Positions 40,915 through 56,659 of a stretch of DNA of 64,000 nucleotides are shown in pieces; position 1 is the stretch's first letter; every line of letters starts with the position of its first letter. Made by a program: the position numbers and the translations under genes. This DNA is from Octopus sinensis. Its lineage: Eukaryota. The stretch lies in contig NC_043008.1 in assembly GCF_006345805.1 (NCBI RefSeq), positions 53,506,001 to 53,570,000 on the forward strand, given 5' to 3'. A model generated the notes under the pieces. The model did no database searches. It saw nothing but the letters and a program-made list of their open reading frames with translations, and was not told where the DNA came from.

Positions 40915-41400
40915 TTCTGTCGGTGGAATAGAAGAGTGGAGCTTGAAGTCCTGTCGGTGGAATAGCAGGAGTAATAAATCGGGTTAGTTTAGTACTGCCG
41001 ATCGAATAGTAGAGAGAATACTATACTGGGCTAACCTATCCCTGTCGATAGACTAGGAGAGGGTGTAATAAATCAAGCTAATATGCTCCTACCGGTGGAA
41101 TAGCAAGCGAAGTGATAAATTGAGCCAATGGAATGGCAGTGGGAGTAAAATTTTAGGCTAGCTTACCCCCTGTCAGTGTAATTTCAGAATAAATATATCC
41201 GGCTAACCCATGCCAGTCAGTGGATTAGCAAAAGGTGGTGTAAACCACCATTATTTACTCCTGTCAGTGGTATAGTTGAGGAAATATTAAATCGGATGAA
41301 TATACTCAATCGGTGGGATAGCAAAGTGAGTAATCTATTATGCTTAGTTACTCATGTTGGTGTTATAATTAATGCCGACGGTGGCGGAGTATCAAAAGCA
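40915..41400 (+). repeat. Eroded tandem array of about 46 bp with a dyad-symmetric unit
   Basis: A CTGTCGGTGGAATAG-like core recurs at about 40917, 40951, 40995, 41042, 41089, 41170, 41214, 41261 and 41307. Confidence 0.7.
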
Positions 41401-41954
41401 GAAATAAATTAAGCTGTTAGCGTTTGAGGTTTTTATGCTCAGGATGTAAACCGCGTTGTTGTACCTGAGTTTCGATATGTATTTATAGTATGTTTTTACC
41501 GCTATAAGTTTTTAGCCCGAAATATATTTCAGAAGAATACATTATAGTATATAAATTACACGTTAATAGAGTCATCTAATCAGTTATCCACCCATCTAAT
41601 TTAGTAAATAGCCAGCCAACCACTCGACGAATCATGCTTTTATATAACCAATTACCAACCTATTTGTCTGTCTTAGCAGCCATTAAGAAAATGTAAAGAA
41701 AATCATAAATCCTCGTCTATCTAGTTAATATTATGAGTGCAGCCATGATTGTATGGTTAAAGAGATCAATTCGAAACTATTTGGCATCAGGATCGATCCC
41801 AGTTGGCTGCACCTTGAGTAAGTGTCAGTCAGTCTAGCGAAATCACCGATCGGTGAATTTTCGAGGTCAACCCTTCATTGTAAACTATGATGCTCTACAT
41901 AAATGTAATGAGTGAGCATTCAATTAGTGTTTGCTTTTATACATAACTATAAAA

Positions 41955-42165
41955 ACGATAAACGTCGCCCTTTTAAAGCCTAGTCAGGCTCATGGGCCAG
42001 GTTTCCCGGTTTCTATGGCGTACGGGTCCCCCCCTCCGCAGCTGGACGGGATGCCAGTCCATCGCAGCGTTACTCAAGAAACAGGAAGAGAGACTGAGAG
42101 AAAGTTGTGGCGAAAGAGTACAACAGGGGTCACCCCCTCCCCTGCCGGAGCCTCGCGGAGCTTAC
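41955..42165 (-). mobile_element. Partial SINE related to 45766-46480
   Basis: Shares catgggcc.ggtttcccggtttct and gagaaagttgtggcgaaagagtac with that family. Confidence 0.7.
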
Positions 42166-42282
42166 AGCGAGAGAGATAAAGGGAAAGAGAGAGAGAGAGA
42201 GCGAGAACGACAGAGAGAGAGACATATATAAATACACACATATATATATACACACACATACATACATACATACATACATACA

Positions 42283-42351
<69 letters not shown>

Positions 42352-42457
42352 GTATACATGTATAGATGTATATACAGAAACGTAACGTACGCATATATAT
42401 AATCATATACATGTACACACACACACTTATAGTTATATATGTGCAGAACACAGAAAT

Positions 42458-42492
<35 letters not shown>

Positions 42493-43329
42493 CACACATA
42501 CATACATATATGTGTGTGTGTGTATATATACATGTATATAAAATTGAACTTGGTGTGAAAGAATATAGAATCTATTTGAATTGTTCAGTAATGAATGCTC
42601 AATAAGTTGGCCTTTATACATAAACTTCAAAAAGAAAAGAAAAATTTTTTAAATAAAACGATAATTCAAACATTGTTAATATGTCTAACGTTACGTTTTG
42701 CTATGAAAGGTTTGAAAAATATCCTATGTAAAATCACAATGCAAAAAAATTAATGATTTATAACCGTCTTTGTAAGATTGAACATCGTTTTAATCATAAG
42801 ATAATAGGAGAACACATAATTAAAACTGTAAATAGCTTTCATTTGTTGTATAGACGTTAATTGATATTACTGTAAAGATAATGCAAGAGATGTTAGGCGC
42901 TATCAATATCTTACATACTTCGTTAACTTAAACATGTTTTAATGATAAAGTATTGATGCTGAAATTACATTTCGCTTCACAACGTAGTGTTCATTTGCAT
43001 TTGACAGGATGTAATCATCATACAACGGCTTCCGACTTAAAATTATATACTATACTATACTTATAGATCGATATATAAATTTTGTTAAGGAAAAGTAATT
43101 TGTCTGGCTGAATTTAAACAACGCTGTTCTAAATACAATACATACATATATACATACATATGTATACGTATATATATATATATACAAAGGCGCACACACA
43201 TGTTATACACACTCACATATGTGTACATATATATAAGTTCATTGTGTGTATGTATATATATATTTGCATATTTATAAATACATTTACTAATAACAAAAAA
43301 AATAATAATCATAATATGATAACGTTTTT

Positions 43330-43334
43330 GTTAC

Positions 43335-43389
<55 letters not shown>

Positions 43390-43460
43390 ATTATTATTAT
43401 TGTTGTTGTTGTTGTTGTCGTTGTTGTTATTTGTGTGATTATCATTATTATTGTTGTTAG
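43330..43460 (+). repeat. (TAT)n/(TGT)n microsatellite
   Basis: Directly visible. Confidence 0.95.
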
Positions 43461-43597
43461 CATTAAAAAGAAACGAATAGTTAAACAAGATATTATTTAC
43501 GGCACAAGAAAAATATATGGAATTAAAACAAAAAACAAATATATATATATATACATATAAATATATATATATATACATATAATATATATATATATAC

Positions 43598-43644
<47 letters not shown>

Positions 43645-43698
43645 CATACATATATATATATATACATACATACATATATATACATTACATATATATAC

Positions 43699-43732
<34 letters not shown>

Positions 43733-44547
43733 ACATACATATAAATATACATACATACATATAAATATACATACACATATATAATATATATGTATATATA
43801 TATATATATATACATATGTGTGTGTGTGTGGGTCTGTGTGTGTGTGTGTGTGTGTGGAAAAAAGTAAAGGTAGAAAATGCTAAAATAATTTTATAAAAAA
43901 AAAATTCGGTACCGGTTTCAGTCAATGAGACGTTTTCAACTGTAACTATGGAAAATAATTAAATTTGGAAAAATTAAAAGAAAAGTTTTTTAAAAGAATA
44001 TTTGTATAGTGTTCAAATACAAGTGGCATTTTCCTTGTCTCTGTCTCTCTTGTTTGTATATATATATATACATACATGCATACATATTTCTTTATATATA
44101 TATATTTATATTCTCTCTCATCTACGTACAAATGCAATTAAATCAAATTTAATATGTAAATAAAGTTGATTGAGCGTTTTCGATTTTCTTTAAAAAATAT
44201 ATTCTTTGAGTTTATTGATCTTTACGTTATTATGCAGATTTACTAGTAGAAGTACTTACAGCCAGACTTATGAAAATATTGAAATAAGTCTTGAAATAAA
44301 TATTGAAATAAATTAATGGCGAGGAAGTAATACAATGTTGCTTAATTACAAGAAATAATTAATGATTTCTGAAACAGGCTATGGTCAAATGAGTAGGATG
44401 GATGACCAATCGATTGTAGTGATCTCACTAACCGATTGGAGTTCAGTTTTATTGATACCTGAATGATAAATAGCGAAGTTGAGCTCGTGTGATTCGAACT
44501 CAAAATGTGAGCAATCGGATGCATATTTTGTTACAAATATTTTCAGT

Positions 44548-45160
44548 TGAAGGTGGCGAGCTGGCAGAAACTTTAACACGCCGGGCGAAATGCTTAGCGA
44601 TATTTCGTCTGCCGTTACGTTCTGAGTTCAAATTCCGCTGAGGTCGACTTTGCCTTTCATCCTTTTCAGGGTCGATTAAATAAGTACCAGTTACGCACTG
44701 GGGTCAATGTAATCGACTTAATCCGTTTGTCTGTCCTTGTTTGCCTGTTTGACCCCTCTATGTTTAGCCCCTTGTGGGTAATAAAGAAACAGATATTTCG
44801 TCTGCCATTACGTTCTGAGTTTAAATTCCGCCGAAGTCGACTTTGCCTTTCATCCTTTCGGGGTCGACAAATAAAGTACCAGTTACTCACTGGGGTCGAT
44901 ATAAACGACTTAATTCGTTTGTCTATCCTTGTTTATCCAGTCTGTGTTTAGCCCCTTGTCGGTAGTAATGAAATAGGTATTTGGTCTGCCGTTACGTTCT
45001 GAGTTCAAATTCCGCCGAGGTCGACTTTGCCGTTCCTCCTTTTCGGAGTCGATTAAATAAGTACCAGTTACGCACTGGGGTCGATGTAATCGAGTAAATC
45101 TCTTTGTCTCTCCTAGTTTGTCCCCTCTATGTTTAGCCTGTTGTGGGCAATAAAAAAAAT
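44548..45160 (+). mobile_element. Head-to-tail trimer of the Meta-like SINE
   Basis: Full tRNA head (aaggtggcgagctggcagaa...gttcaaattcc) at 44551. Headless repeats start near 44794 and 44977. Confidence 0.88.
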
Positions 45161-45765
45161 ATTTCCAGTTGAGATATTTAGGGACAGGAGGTTAGCCGGT
45201 TGAATTCATTTCAGTGTTTGACTAGTACGTTATTGTATCGCTCCCGGAAGGTGGTAAAATCAAAATTGGCCGTGTTCTGATTTGAGCTCAGAGCGGTAAT
45301 ATCTTGCAAAGACACAACAACTGATATTTGAGATTATATCAACTCTGTATTTGATAAGTACTTTATTATTTCAGCCCTTGGATAATGAAATGCAAGCTGA
45401 CCTAGCAGGATTTGAACCGAGAACGTAAAAATCCGGACGCAAGGTATTTTGTCCGACTTTCTAACGATTCTACTCACCCACAATCTCACGCCATATAAAT
45501 TGTTTGTAATGTAAGCTAAAAGATCTGATGTTTTATACGGCCGAAATTCGCACAACCTTTTGAATGTAGCTGTTCATATTTGTAATGTGAACGAGATTCT
45601 CATGTCTCACACATCCAAAAGAAATGTACCGTAATCGAGATTAAAATATATATTATTCGATTCATCAACCAACATAATAATAAACAAGTTCCATATGCAT
45701 AGGTCCAAGTAACGAATGCAAGCCACATGTACACGGAAGTTTTGATGTGTGTTATGTAAAATATG

Positions 45766-46480
45766 TGTGGAGGCGCAATGGCCCATTCGTTAGGGCAGCG
45801 GACTTGCGGTCGGAGTAACGCTGTTTCGATTCCCAGACCGGGCGTTGCGTGTGTTTATTGAGCGAAAACAAAGCTCCACGAGGCCCCGGCAGGGAGTGGA
45901 AGCGGCCCCTGGGATCTTTTCGGTTTGAACGGCAGTTTTCCTAGCGTGTCATATGAAATTGTCACCCATAATTATGACCCTAGTATCGATCTATTGCATT
46001 TCAATCTAATTTAGGGTTAGTTAGGGTTAGGGGTGGGGGGAAGGGTATCTTTTTTTCTTCACAAATGTAAATAAACCCAATCTGCTTCGTAAACGAGGGA
46101 CAAATTCATACGGCACAGAATGTTTTTAACTAAATGGACGTCATCGATTGGTTGAAATTACAGAAAAAAGCACGCTAATATCTTACAAACTATAGAATTT
46201 TCTCAATAAAGCCAAGAGAAAACGATGTTTTATAAACACATTCTACCAGTATACGAAGTTAAAAATTTTTAGTAACCTAGAAATTATGTTAAAAACTGCC
46301 GTTCAAACCGAAAAGATCCGGCCCCTGTTATACTCTTTCGCCCCAACTTTCTCTCACTCTTTCTTCCTGTTTCTTGGATAACGCTGCGATGGACTGGCGT
46401 CCCATCCAGCTGGGGGGAACACACACGCCACAGAAACCGGGAAACCGGGCCCATGAGCCTGGCTAGGCTTGAAAAGGGTG
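45766..46480 (+). mobile_element. tRNA-derived SINE interrupted by a MITE
   Basis: Same head as 11228 but a different 3' part. The SINE resumes after 46327. Confidence 0.85.
45912..46319. mobile_element. 408-bp MITE with 28-bp perfect TIRs and 8-bp TSD
   Basis: TIR GGATCTTTTCGGTTTGAACGGCAGTTTT at both ends. TSD GGCCCCTG at 45904-45911 and 46320-46327. Confidence 0.92.
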
Positions 46481-47509
46481 CATAAATAATAAATAAAATG
46501 TTAAATATGTAATTGTTTAACGTCAAATTGTCTAATCCGTTTTTTTGCTAAGGATTTCGATTTGTGGCTAAACCATTAATAATTTCGGTTGTGTCTTAAC
46601 CCAAGGTTAGCCCAGGTCAGACAGATCTTTGAACAAGGATATCTCAGCTGTAACTATTACTTCTCTATTTCAAACATAGTGTATATAGCCTTCATTATTC
46701 AATGCATTTTAATTGCTTTAAAAAAAACCCATCATATGTGACTGGAGAATTATTTGACTGCTATTTCTGGAAGGTAAGCCAGCTATACAGATGATTAGTT
46801 GTTGGCAGGAGAAAACTTTGTATTATTGGCAAAGAGGATAAAGATGGAATTAACACATCGCTAGATTAATGGTCTCAGCGAGTTACTGAATAAATGATTA
46901 TCAAGCAGGGTGATTGATTTTTCCATCGATGTCTTCTAATGTGCTTCTGTGTTTGATTGGTTTTGTTGCTTAGTCTCATGCCAGATCTGAATAAGTAGAT
47001 ATTTCATCATAAGAATTCTGGCAGTGTCCATCACAACTTTTGGAATATCGTGGTTTACTGTCTAATGTGACTTATAACATATTTTAGATGATGAGGTGTG
47101 ATTTAAGTTAAGCGAGGTTGTTATTTCTATCAGGTCGAACGAGTATGTAGACGATCTATCGCTGGTTCAAAGAGTGAATTCTCTCTGTTAGACAGACCAC
47201 CCGACTATACACACAAATGTATGTAACCATGTATATTTATCAAACAGCTGTGCCCGTCTGTGCTGCAGAAAAAAAAATTAAGTCTCCGAATGACGAGACG
47301 TAGATTTATGTACAAGAATAAATCAAAGATCCACTTTCGTTTGTGTCCCTTAATCAGATCATTTTTAAAGAGGGAGTTAATAAACTTGAATAGTAGCACA
47401 TTGTGGCCTTCGAAATAACATATAGGACATGCATAACAAAACCATCAGAATATACAGGAGTACATACACATAGCGGGCAAACGAGGGAATATACCGTCTT
47501 TCATATTTT

Positions 47510-48100
47510 ATTTTTCATTTGTTTCAGTATTTAGACTGTAGCCATGCTGGGTACTGCATTGAAGAATTTTTAGTTCAATGTATCGTTCCCTGTACTTTTA
47601 AAGCCTAGTCCTTATTCTATCGTTTTCTTTTGCCGAAATGTTAAGTTACAGGGACATAAACACGCTAGCACCAGTTGTCAAGCGTTAGTGAGGGATAAAG
47701 AAAGACACACACCCACAGATATATTTCGTCTGCCTTTACGTTCTGATTTTAAATTCTGCCGAGGTCGACTTTGCCTTTAATCCTTTCGGGGTCGATAAAT
47801 TAAGTACCAGTTATGCACTGGGGTCGATGTATTCGGCTTAATCCCTTTGTCTGTCCGTGTTTGTCCTCTCTATGTTTAGCCCCTTGTGGGCAATAAAGAA
47901 ATAACACATCCACAGATACATAGATATATACATATATATGACGGGCTTTTTTCAGTCTCCGCCTATCAAATCTTCTCACAAGGCTTTGATCGGCCCGACG
48001 AGGCTACAATATAAGACACTTGCCCAAGGTGCCACGTAGTGAGACTGAACCCAGAACCATGTGATTGGGAAGCAAGCTTTTTATCCCACAGCCACGCCTG
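47510..48100 (-). mobile_element. Microsatellite-containing SINE with a Meta-like SINE nested at about 47715-47905
   Basis: The two halves are colinear. An imperfect direct repeat (acacccacagata / acatccacagata) flanks the insert. Confidence 0.75.
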
Positions 48101-48755
48101 ATATATATATATCCATACTATTAAACTAAAACCCATGAAAATGAAACTGAATGAGCGATTGTACTGTGATATAGGTCTCGCCTACGTTGAGACTCGGTCT
48201 TATCGCGAATTTGAATTTGTAGATTACGTCTAATCTTTCGGCTGACACGCTGCATACGATAGGACTACAGTTCAGGCGTATTATGAGGCTGTACAATAAC
48301 TAAAATCACAAGAAGGCTTGTAAGGTAAATACGAAGGAAAATGATCGACATATTACAAAAGGATAGGTATCAAAGTTCATAATATTATTGTATATGTATT
48401 ATAGGACACTTCACAGTTTCGTAATTATTTTCGAAATGTAATATCCACCGTATTGCTCGAAAAAGTAAAATTATTTATTAATTGCTTGATATTATTTTTT
48501 ACTGAAACAATTGATGAATATATTTAAGCCTGGTTAACCATGCCTGATTGGCGAAGGTATATGATAAATACACGTTATAGAAAGGGAAGAGCGAGCGAGA
48601 GATGGCTATATAGATAGATAAATGATAGATCGATATGTTTCTTTATTAGCCACAAGGGGCTGAACACAGACGGGACAAATTACAAAGCAGAGCTTTTCTT
48701 TTGGAGAGGAGAGAAAAAGTGCGGTAGGTTTTCGATCAAAAGGGTTCGTAAAAAG

Positions 48756-48791
<36 letters not shown>

Positions 48792-48946
48792 TATAGAGAG
48801 AGAGATAGATAGATAGATAGATAGACACACAGACAGACAGATAGATAGACAGACATACAGACAGATAGACATACAGACAGACATACATACAGACATCCAT
48901 ACATACAGACAGACAAACATATAAATAGATAGATAGATAGATAGAT

Positions 48947-48991
<45 letters not shown>

Positions 48992-49007
48992 GGTCGGACG
49001 AAGACAG

Positions 49008-49058
<51 letters not shown>

Positions 49059-49409
49059 ATCGTCGAGGTTGTGACAATTTCATATTACCAGCTCTAAGTT
49101 TTAGGTCTATTGCTCACAGCCGCCATTGAAGCTACAAAGAAAGCAATTCATTCTTGTCCGATCTTTTCCCTTGAGAGGCTGATATAAGTGAATAAGTGGT
49201 TTATCCATACATCAGTCATACTTTCATGTTTACAGTTGACATAATCCGTTTCGCGGAAAGATTCGATATACATCTATGTATATGCATGAGTGTGTGTATA
49301 TGTGTATGTACATGCGTGTGTGTCTGTGTGTGTGTATACATTGGAATAATCCATAAGCTGATATTGTGTTCATGTGTGTGAGCATATATATCTATATATA
49401 CACACATAT

Positions 49410-49455
<46 letters not shown>

Positions 49456-49744
49456 TATAATATATATTTATAGGTGTATATATATATTGATATATGAGAA
49501 ATAAACATATTTGAAATAGTACATTTTATAGGCGTGTATATACTACATATATGTATAAGAGTATATGTACGTATATATATATATATATTATATATATCTA
49601 TATATATATATATATATACACATATATTCGTTACATATCTATACATAAGTAACCATATGTAAGTATGTATATGAGTATATATATGCATATGTATATATAC
49701 ATATATATATAAACATATACATGTATATATATGTATATGTATTT

Positions 49745-49783
<39 letters not shown>

Positions 49784-49796
49784 AAAACATAAACGT

Positions 49797-49828
<32 letters not shown>

Positions 49829-49924
49829 ACAGATGTGTAAAAATTCAGCAATATAAACGTTTACATTTTCGAATCTAACTGTTTGCATTATGCTTCGTTG
49901 TATATATTTTTCGCTTTCCGTCAG

Positions 49925-50068
49925 ACACATAGACTTTGCTTTAGTGTTTGAAGACCACGTAAATATCACAAATTTATCAAATGTTCCGTGTGAAGTATTA
50001 TCTGGCATCAACAAATACAACAATACTGACACTAACATTTATAACTGTGATATATGGCATATATCTAA
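49925..50068 (+). CDS. Candidate 144-nt coding exon ([47 protein letters not shown])
   Basis: Acceptor ttttcgctttccgtcag, donor AA|gtaaat, open phase 2-2 frame, three N-glycosylation sequons. Confidence 0.45.
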
Positions 50069-50208
50069 GTAAATACATACTCGAGCTCTACCTAGTATAT
50101 TGAAATGCTCGAGGAGTATGCCCATGTTTCTCAGAATGTGAGTGTGTTAACATATATACGTATATGTATAGAGTGTGTGTGGTGTGTCTGTCTGTCTGCG
50201 TGCGAGTG

Positions 50209-50853
<645 letters not shown>

Positions 50854-51213
50854 ATGTTGAACTTAAAAATGGTCTATGACTATTTAATTTTTTTCCCGCT
50901 GGGCCGCTGGTGGCAATAAAATTCTACAAAATTTTCCTTGCCACCCTATATTGATTAATTATATATATATATATATATATATAATATAATATAAATAATA
51001 TATAAATATATGCATATATACCTACATGTATGTACGTATATACATATATATGTATATATACATGCATATATGGGTACTGGACATCAAAAAAACGTTGAAC
51101 ACAATGAGAAACGAAAAGATAAAAACAAAAACATAGAAACGAAGTTTTTTTCAAACAAAGAAAGAAAACAGAGAAACGTGACATGCAACATATAGAATAT
51201 TTCCCTTCTTCAG

Positions 51214-51245
51214 TTGTCCCTGTCTCATCTTCTCCGCATTCGGAG
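51214..51245 (+). CDS. Candidate 32-nt coding exon (N-CPCLIFSAFG)
   Basis: Acceptor atttcccttcttcag and donor GAG|gtaagg. Phase 2-1, compatible with its neighbours. Confidence 0.45.
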
Positions 51246-51498
51246 GTAAGGACAAGACGGGGCTTCATTGAAACAGTCCTTCCCGCAAATTAAATTATAT
51301 AAAATTAGTGATTTTTTGCGGAGGGTGAAAGTGGTAACAAGAACAGGATAGTAAGAACAAAACAGTAAAAACAGTAAAAGACAGAACAATGAGAACAAAC
51401 GATGACGGCTGTTAAGCCAAGATGATGGAAAAATTATTCTGAAAGTTTAAGTAAACGAGCTTATGAAGAGACAGGATAAGCCCTGTCTCACCATATAT

Positions 51499-51532
<34 letters not shown>

Positions 51533-51534
51533 AC

Positions 51535-51585
<51 letters not shown>

Positions 51586-51619
51586 ATTTAAAAAAAGGAG
51601 ATGTCGAACACGAGTGGTG

Positions 51620-51957
<338 letters not shown>

Positions 51958-52157
51958 GTGAGAACTTACAAAAGCACAAAAGACGAAGTCGAGTGTATAA
52001 ACAACAAGCAGATGTATTAGTTTAACGCTCGGGAAGTTGAGAAAGTATTTTACGTTTCGAGCCTACGCTCTTCGACAGAAAGGAACACAGAAATAAACAG
52101 GGAGAGAAAATAGAAAAAGGTTTAGTGGTTGTGGTTAGCGATCTCTTTCTCTCTCTC

Positions 52158-52194
<37 letters not shown>

Positions 52195-52212
52195 CTATAT
52201 ATATATATAATA

Positions 52213-52302
<90 letters not shown>

Positions 52303-52327
52303 TATATATATTATATATACATATATA

Positions 52328-52380
<53 letters not shown>

Positions 52381-52862
52381 ATATCACATATATACTTATA
52401 CACATACAGATACCCTTTCTAGTATATGTGCAAGGCCTGAAATTTGAAGGAAAGGGATCAGTCGATTTTATCGACCACAGTGCGTAACTGGTACTTAATT
52501 TATCTTCCCCGAAAGGATGAAAGGCAAAGTCGACACCCGCAGCTGTTGATATGTGTATATATACATACATATAAACATATATACAGGTGTGTGCACATAT
52601 GTATAAGTTTATACATAGGTGTGTGTGTATGTGTTTTCATGTTTGTGAGTGTATAAATATTTCTAGGAAAATGCGTACATTCATACATACACACACACAC
52701 GCATACAAATACACACACACTCACACGCACATATGCATATCCATATGCATAAATGCATTTATATTTATTGATACCCAGGGTTATCAAAAACAACGACCTT
52801 TAAGGACTTGGTTGTATTCCAATTATCAAGAAAACATATACATAAAAATGAAACAAAAGGTA

Positions 52863-52894
<32 letters not shown>

Positions 52895-53044
52895 CTGTGT
52901 GTATTTATATATATATATATATTTAAGTGTGTGTTTACAAACACGCATACTTCTATATGTCTGTCTGTGTGTGTCGTATATATTTAAATATGAAATATAT
53001 GTCTGTTCGTCTCTCTCTTTATCTATCTATCCTATCTATCTATC

Positions 53045-53128
<84 letters not shown>

Positions 53129-53909
53129 ATATATATATATATGTATGTATCTATGTAACTATGTATCGATGTATGTATGCATAAAGATAGAACTCAAGTG
53201 TAAATTATATATTCTATCGTAGAATGCCTCAAAGCTCGTATGAAAAATTGAACTTCAAGATGGAAAAAATACAGACACAAGAAAGCATATGCACAAATAT
53301 ACATTCAATGTACGTGCACAAAGCACATAGACACATGTATAATATTTAGAAATCTACGCTTCCCTTTAGAGATGTGCCAAAGTTAGTTGGATATTGCTAG
53401 ATCTACTGACGCCATTGCAAGATGAAATATCAACATTAAACAGAAGAATATCACTCGTGTATTTGTGTATTTATTAGTTTCATGAAATTGCCTGGTGTTA
53501 ACAACATACAACGGATACAAGCACTTATATTACATATATATACATATACAGGTAAATAGATAGAGATAGAGAGATAGATGTATGCATATATATATAAATA
53601 TACATACACCTACACACACAAACACACACACACATATATATATATACATACACAATATATATATATATATATATATGTGTAGAGATACATACATTTATAT
53701 ATACACACAAATGTATATAAGCATATACGCTTACAAGTAGATATATGTGTATATGTATGTATATATGTATATAAATATATATCAATATGTGGTGTGTGGA
53801 GACATATCATATATATAATAGGAATTAATATATGAATCTATGTGTATGCTCAATAGAGAAACCCATACTTATATATATATGTGTGTGTCTGTGTGTTTAT
53901 GTGTATGTA

Positions 53910-53994
<85 letters not shown>

Positions 53995-54508
53995 CATATG
54001 TTTGTATGTACATTTAAATATATATATATATGTGTGTGTGTATATGTATATATATACATCTGTATATATATATGTATATATATATCTATATAAATATATA
54101 CATAGATGCCTATATACATACCTATACATGAATACATATATATACACACACAAAGACACACTCACAGACACACATACACACACTTATAAATATTCTGGAT
54201 GCCTGAGAGTGAAAGAAAGAAAGAAACGCGACACGGGGGAGTCTGCTTGGTAAGCAGGGAGATGTCTCTGTTTATTGAGAATTTTCTAATATGTGACCTT
54301 TAAGCAATTTTCCTGTATATTACATTTCAACATTTAATATTATCTATTGATATTGATAAGGGTATATTCCTTCTCCAAAGATTGAATGAAAACGTTTTAT
54401 TTTTTACATCTATTTTCTTAAATACATTAACCCTTAACATTTCTCTCTCTCTTTCCTTCTTTCTCATTCTTTCTCTTCGCATCTACATATATCTAATATA
54501 TATGGTAT

Positions 54509-54599
<91 letters not shown>

Positions 54600-54693
54600 T
54601 ACATATAAATCTATTTATCTGTCTCTCTCTCTATATATATCGTGTAATCAACCAGACTATGGGATGATACCATATACATGCATATATATATGT

Positions 54694-54729
<36 letters not shown>

Positions 54730-54733
54730 ATAA

Positions 54734-54783
<50 letters not shown>

Positions 54784-55320
54784 ATATATATACATACATA
54801 TATATATATATATATATAAAGTTAATCCAAACAAGAAAACAAAAAGACAACAACGCGAGGATGTGGAACAAATAAAGTATTATTGGACGCTCAGGAAAGA
54901 AGGGTGTGTGTGTGTGTGTTTATGTGTGTGTATCTGTATATGTCTGTGTGTATTTCCATATATGGGTGCAGGACGTCACCAACTGTGTAAGCAACATTAA
55001 GGAGGTAAACAAACGAGTTAAATACGCAAACAGCGAGAGACAAAAATGGAAAACGTGTCAAGTTAACAGAGAAATGACCCTTCAGCATTCGTCGTAAAAT
55101 AATAACTGAATATTGAAACTTTAAGGAGCAAAAATTTAAGGAATAAAATTATAATTTAAGGAATAAAAACTCATGGAATAAAAATTTAATGAAAAAAACA
55201 TTTAGGGAAAAAAGTCATTTAAAGGAAAAACATTTAAGGAAAAAAATTTTATTTTTTATTCATTATCTGAATTTTTATTCATTTGTACATGTTAAGTAAG
55301 ATTATATTTTAGATATACGC

Positions 55321-55510
55321 AAAGTTGCAGAAGGTGAATGGAGAGGAGTGTATGAGCCGTATACAAATGTACGAGTGTTTCAGACGCTTCCAAGATGGCA
55401 GAAAATATGTGCCCAAACTGCTTTCAGCTGACCAAAACAAGACTCGGGTTTCAGTTGCAGAAAATATCCTTCATTGTTTAAAGAACGATAAAAACTTGTT
55501 GAAAAGTTTG
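55321..55510 (+). mobile_element. Internally deleted mariner transposase relic
   Basis: KLQKVNGEECMSRIQMYECFRRFQDGR (HTH region) is fused directly to VPKLLSADQNKTRV, resembling the WVPHEL linker. Confidence 0.8.
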
Positions 55511-55686
55511 CGTAGATCTCTGTTCAGGCATCGCAAGCTTTTGGCGAAATTTTATGTAGGTTCTCTGCTCACATTTCTCTGTCATTGTCAATGCGATAAT
55601 CACACGCTACACACCTTCCTTCCAAGCACTACTTTAAATAGTGGAAGTCAGCTAGAACATTAAAACTTTTTGCGCATTCACAACAG

Positions 55687-55795
55687 CGTTGATGGTCAAT
55701 CTGTGCCAAGCAGTTCATACTGCGTGCTTTAGCTTCGTTCCTATGGCCACAGTCCGGATACTTATTGATAAGACCACGTATTCCTATATTTCAAG
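55687..55795 (+). CDS. Candidate 109-nt coding exon (ALMVNLCQAVHTACFSFVPMATVRILIDKTTYSYISR)
   Basis: Acceptor ttttgcgcattcacaacag and donor AAG|gttaat. Only the phase 1-2 frame is open. Confidence 0.35.
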
Positions 55796-56659
55796 GTTAA
55801 TACCTTTTCGTCAGGAGTGAATATAGTGTACTGTTAAGGTTTAGTTCATATGTATGCGAAAGGGATGTGTTACAACAACCAATTTGCTGCATATAATTGT
55901 TATCATATAAATTGTTGATAAATCACTTCTCATTATTTTATAAGGATAGCTTCTTTGGTCCTCAAATTACCGATGTTACACTCTTTTGACTGGGCAGCAA
56001 GTGTTGAATTCCTGAACGCAGAATTTGAGGAATTTATGCGCGCGTATATGTATGTGTGTCAATGCATATATATATATTTAAATGAGGAATCTCGAAGCAG
56101 ATAAAGCTATATTATAGTGTTAGGGTGTAAATATTGGTTTAAAAAATCATTTCCATAGAAAAAGTCGAACTCTCTACTACGACGTCAAATGCATATATAC
56201 ATACATAACTATATACATAAATATATATACATATGTGTGTGTCTGTATATGTATGTATCCATGCGTATGTACGTATGTATGTTTAAGACACAAAGTATTG
56301 ATACACCGCAGGAAGTAAGGAAATATATGTGACGTTGTTTTCAACAAAAGACTGAAAAGATATAAATTTTATCTCAGTAGATAAGGGAAAATTTAAATAT
56401 GATCAGAGAGAAATTGTAAATAAAAATTTGATTAAAATGTTCAATGGTATCTGTAAGTTGAATGCCGGCATAAATTGATCAATAGTTGATATATGGTGAT
56501 TAAGATCAGGGTGGACGAACTTTTGGAAAGTATCGAAAGCGTTCGATATTTGGACAGTCTTCAACTATTGATTTTTTTTTGTTTTTGATGGGTATCATAT
56601 ATCAGGAGTCGCTAGGTTTGTAAGGGAAAAATATTCAGTTAAATATTCATCATTCCCGA

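Noticed and set aside
40915-41400. CRISPR array
   Set aside because: Eukaryotic context, repeats too divergent, linkers related to each other, and no cas genes.
46011-46031. Telomere or interstitial telomeric site
   Set aside because: Only about 3 TTAGGG units, internal to a MITE.
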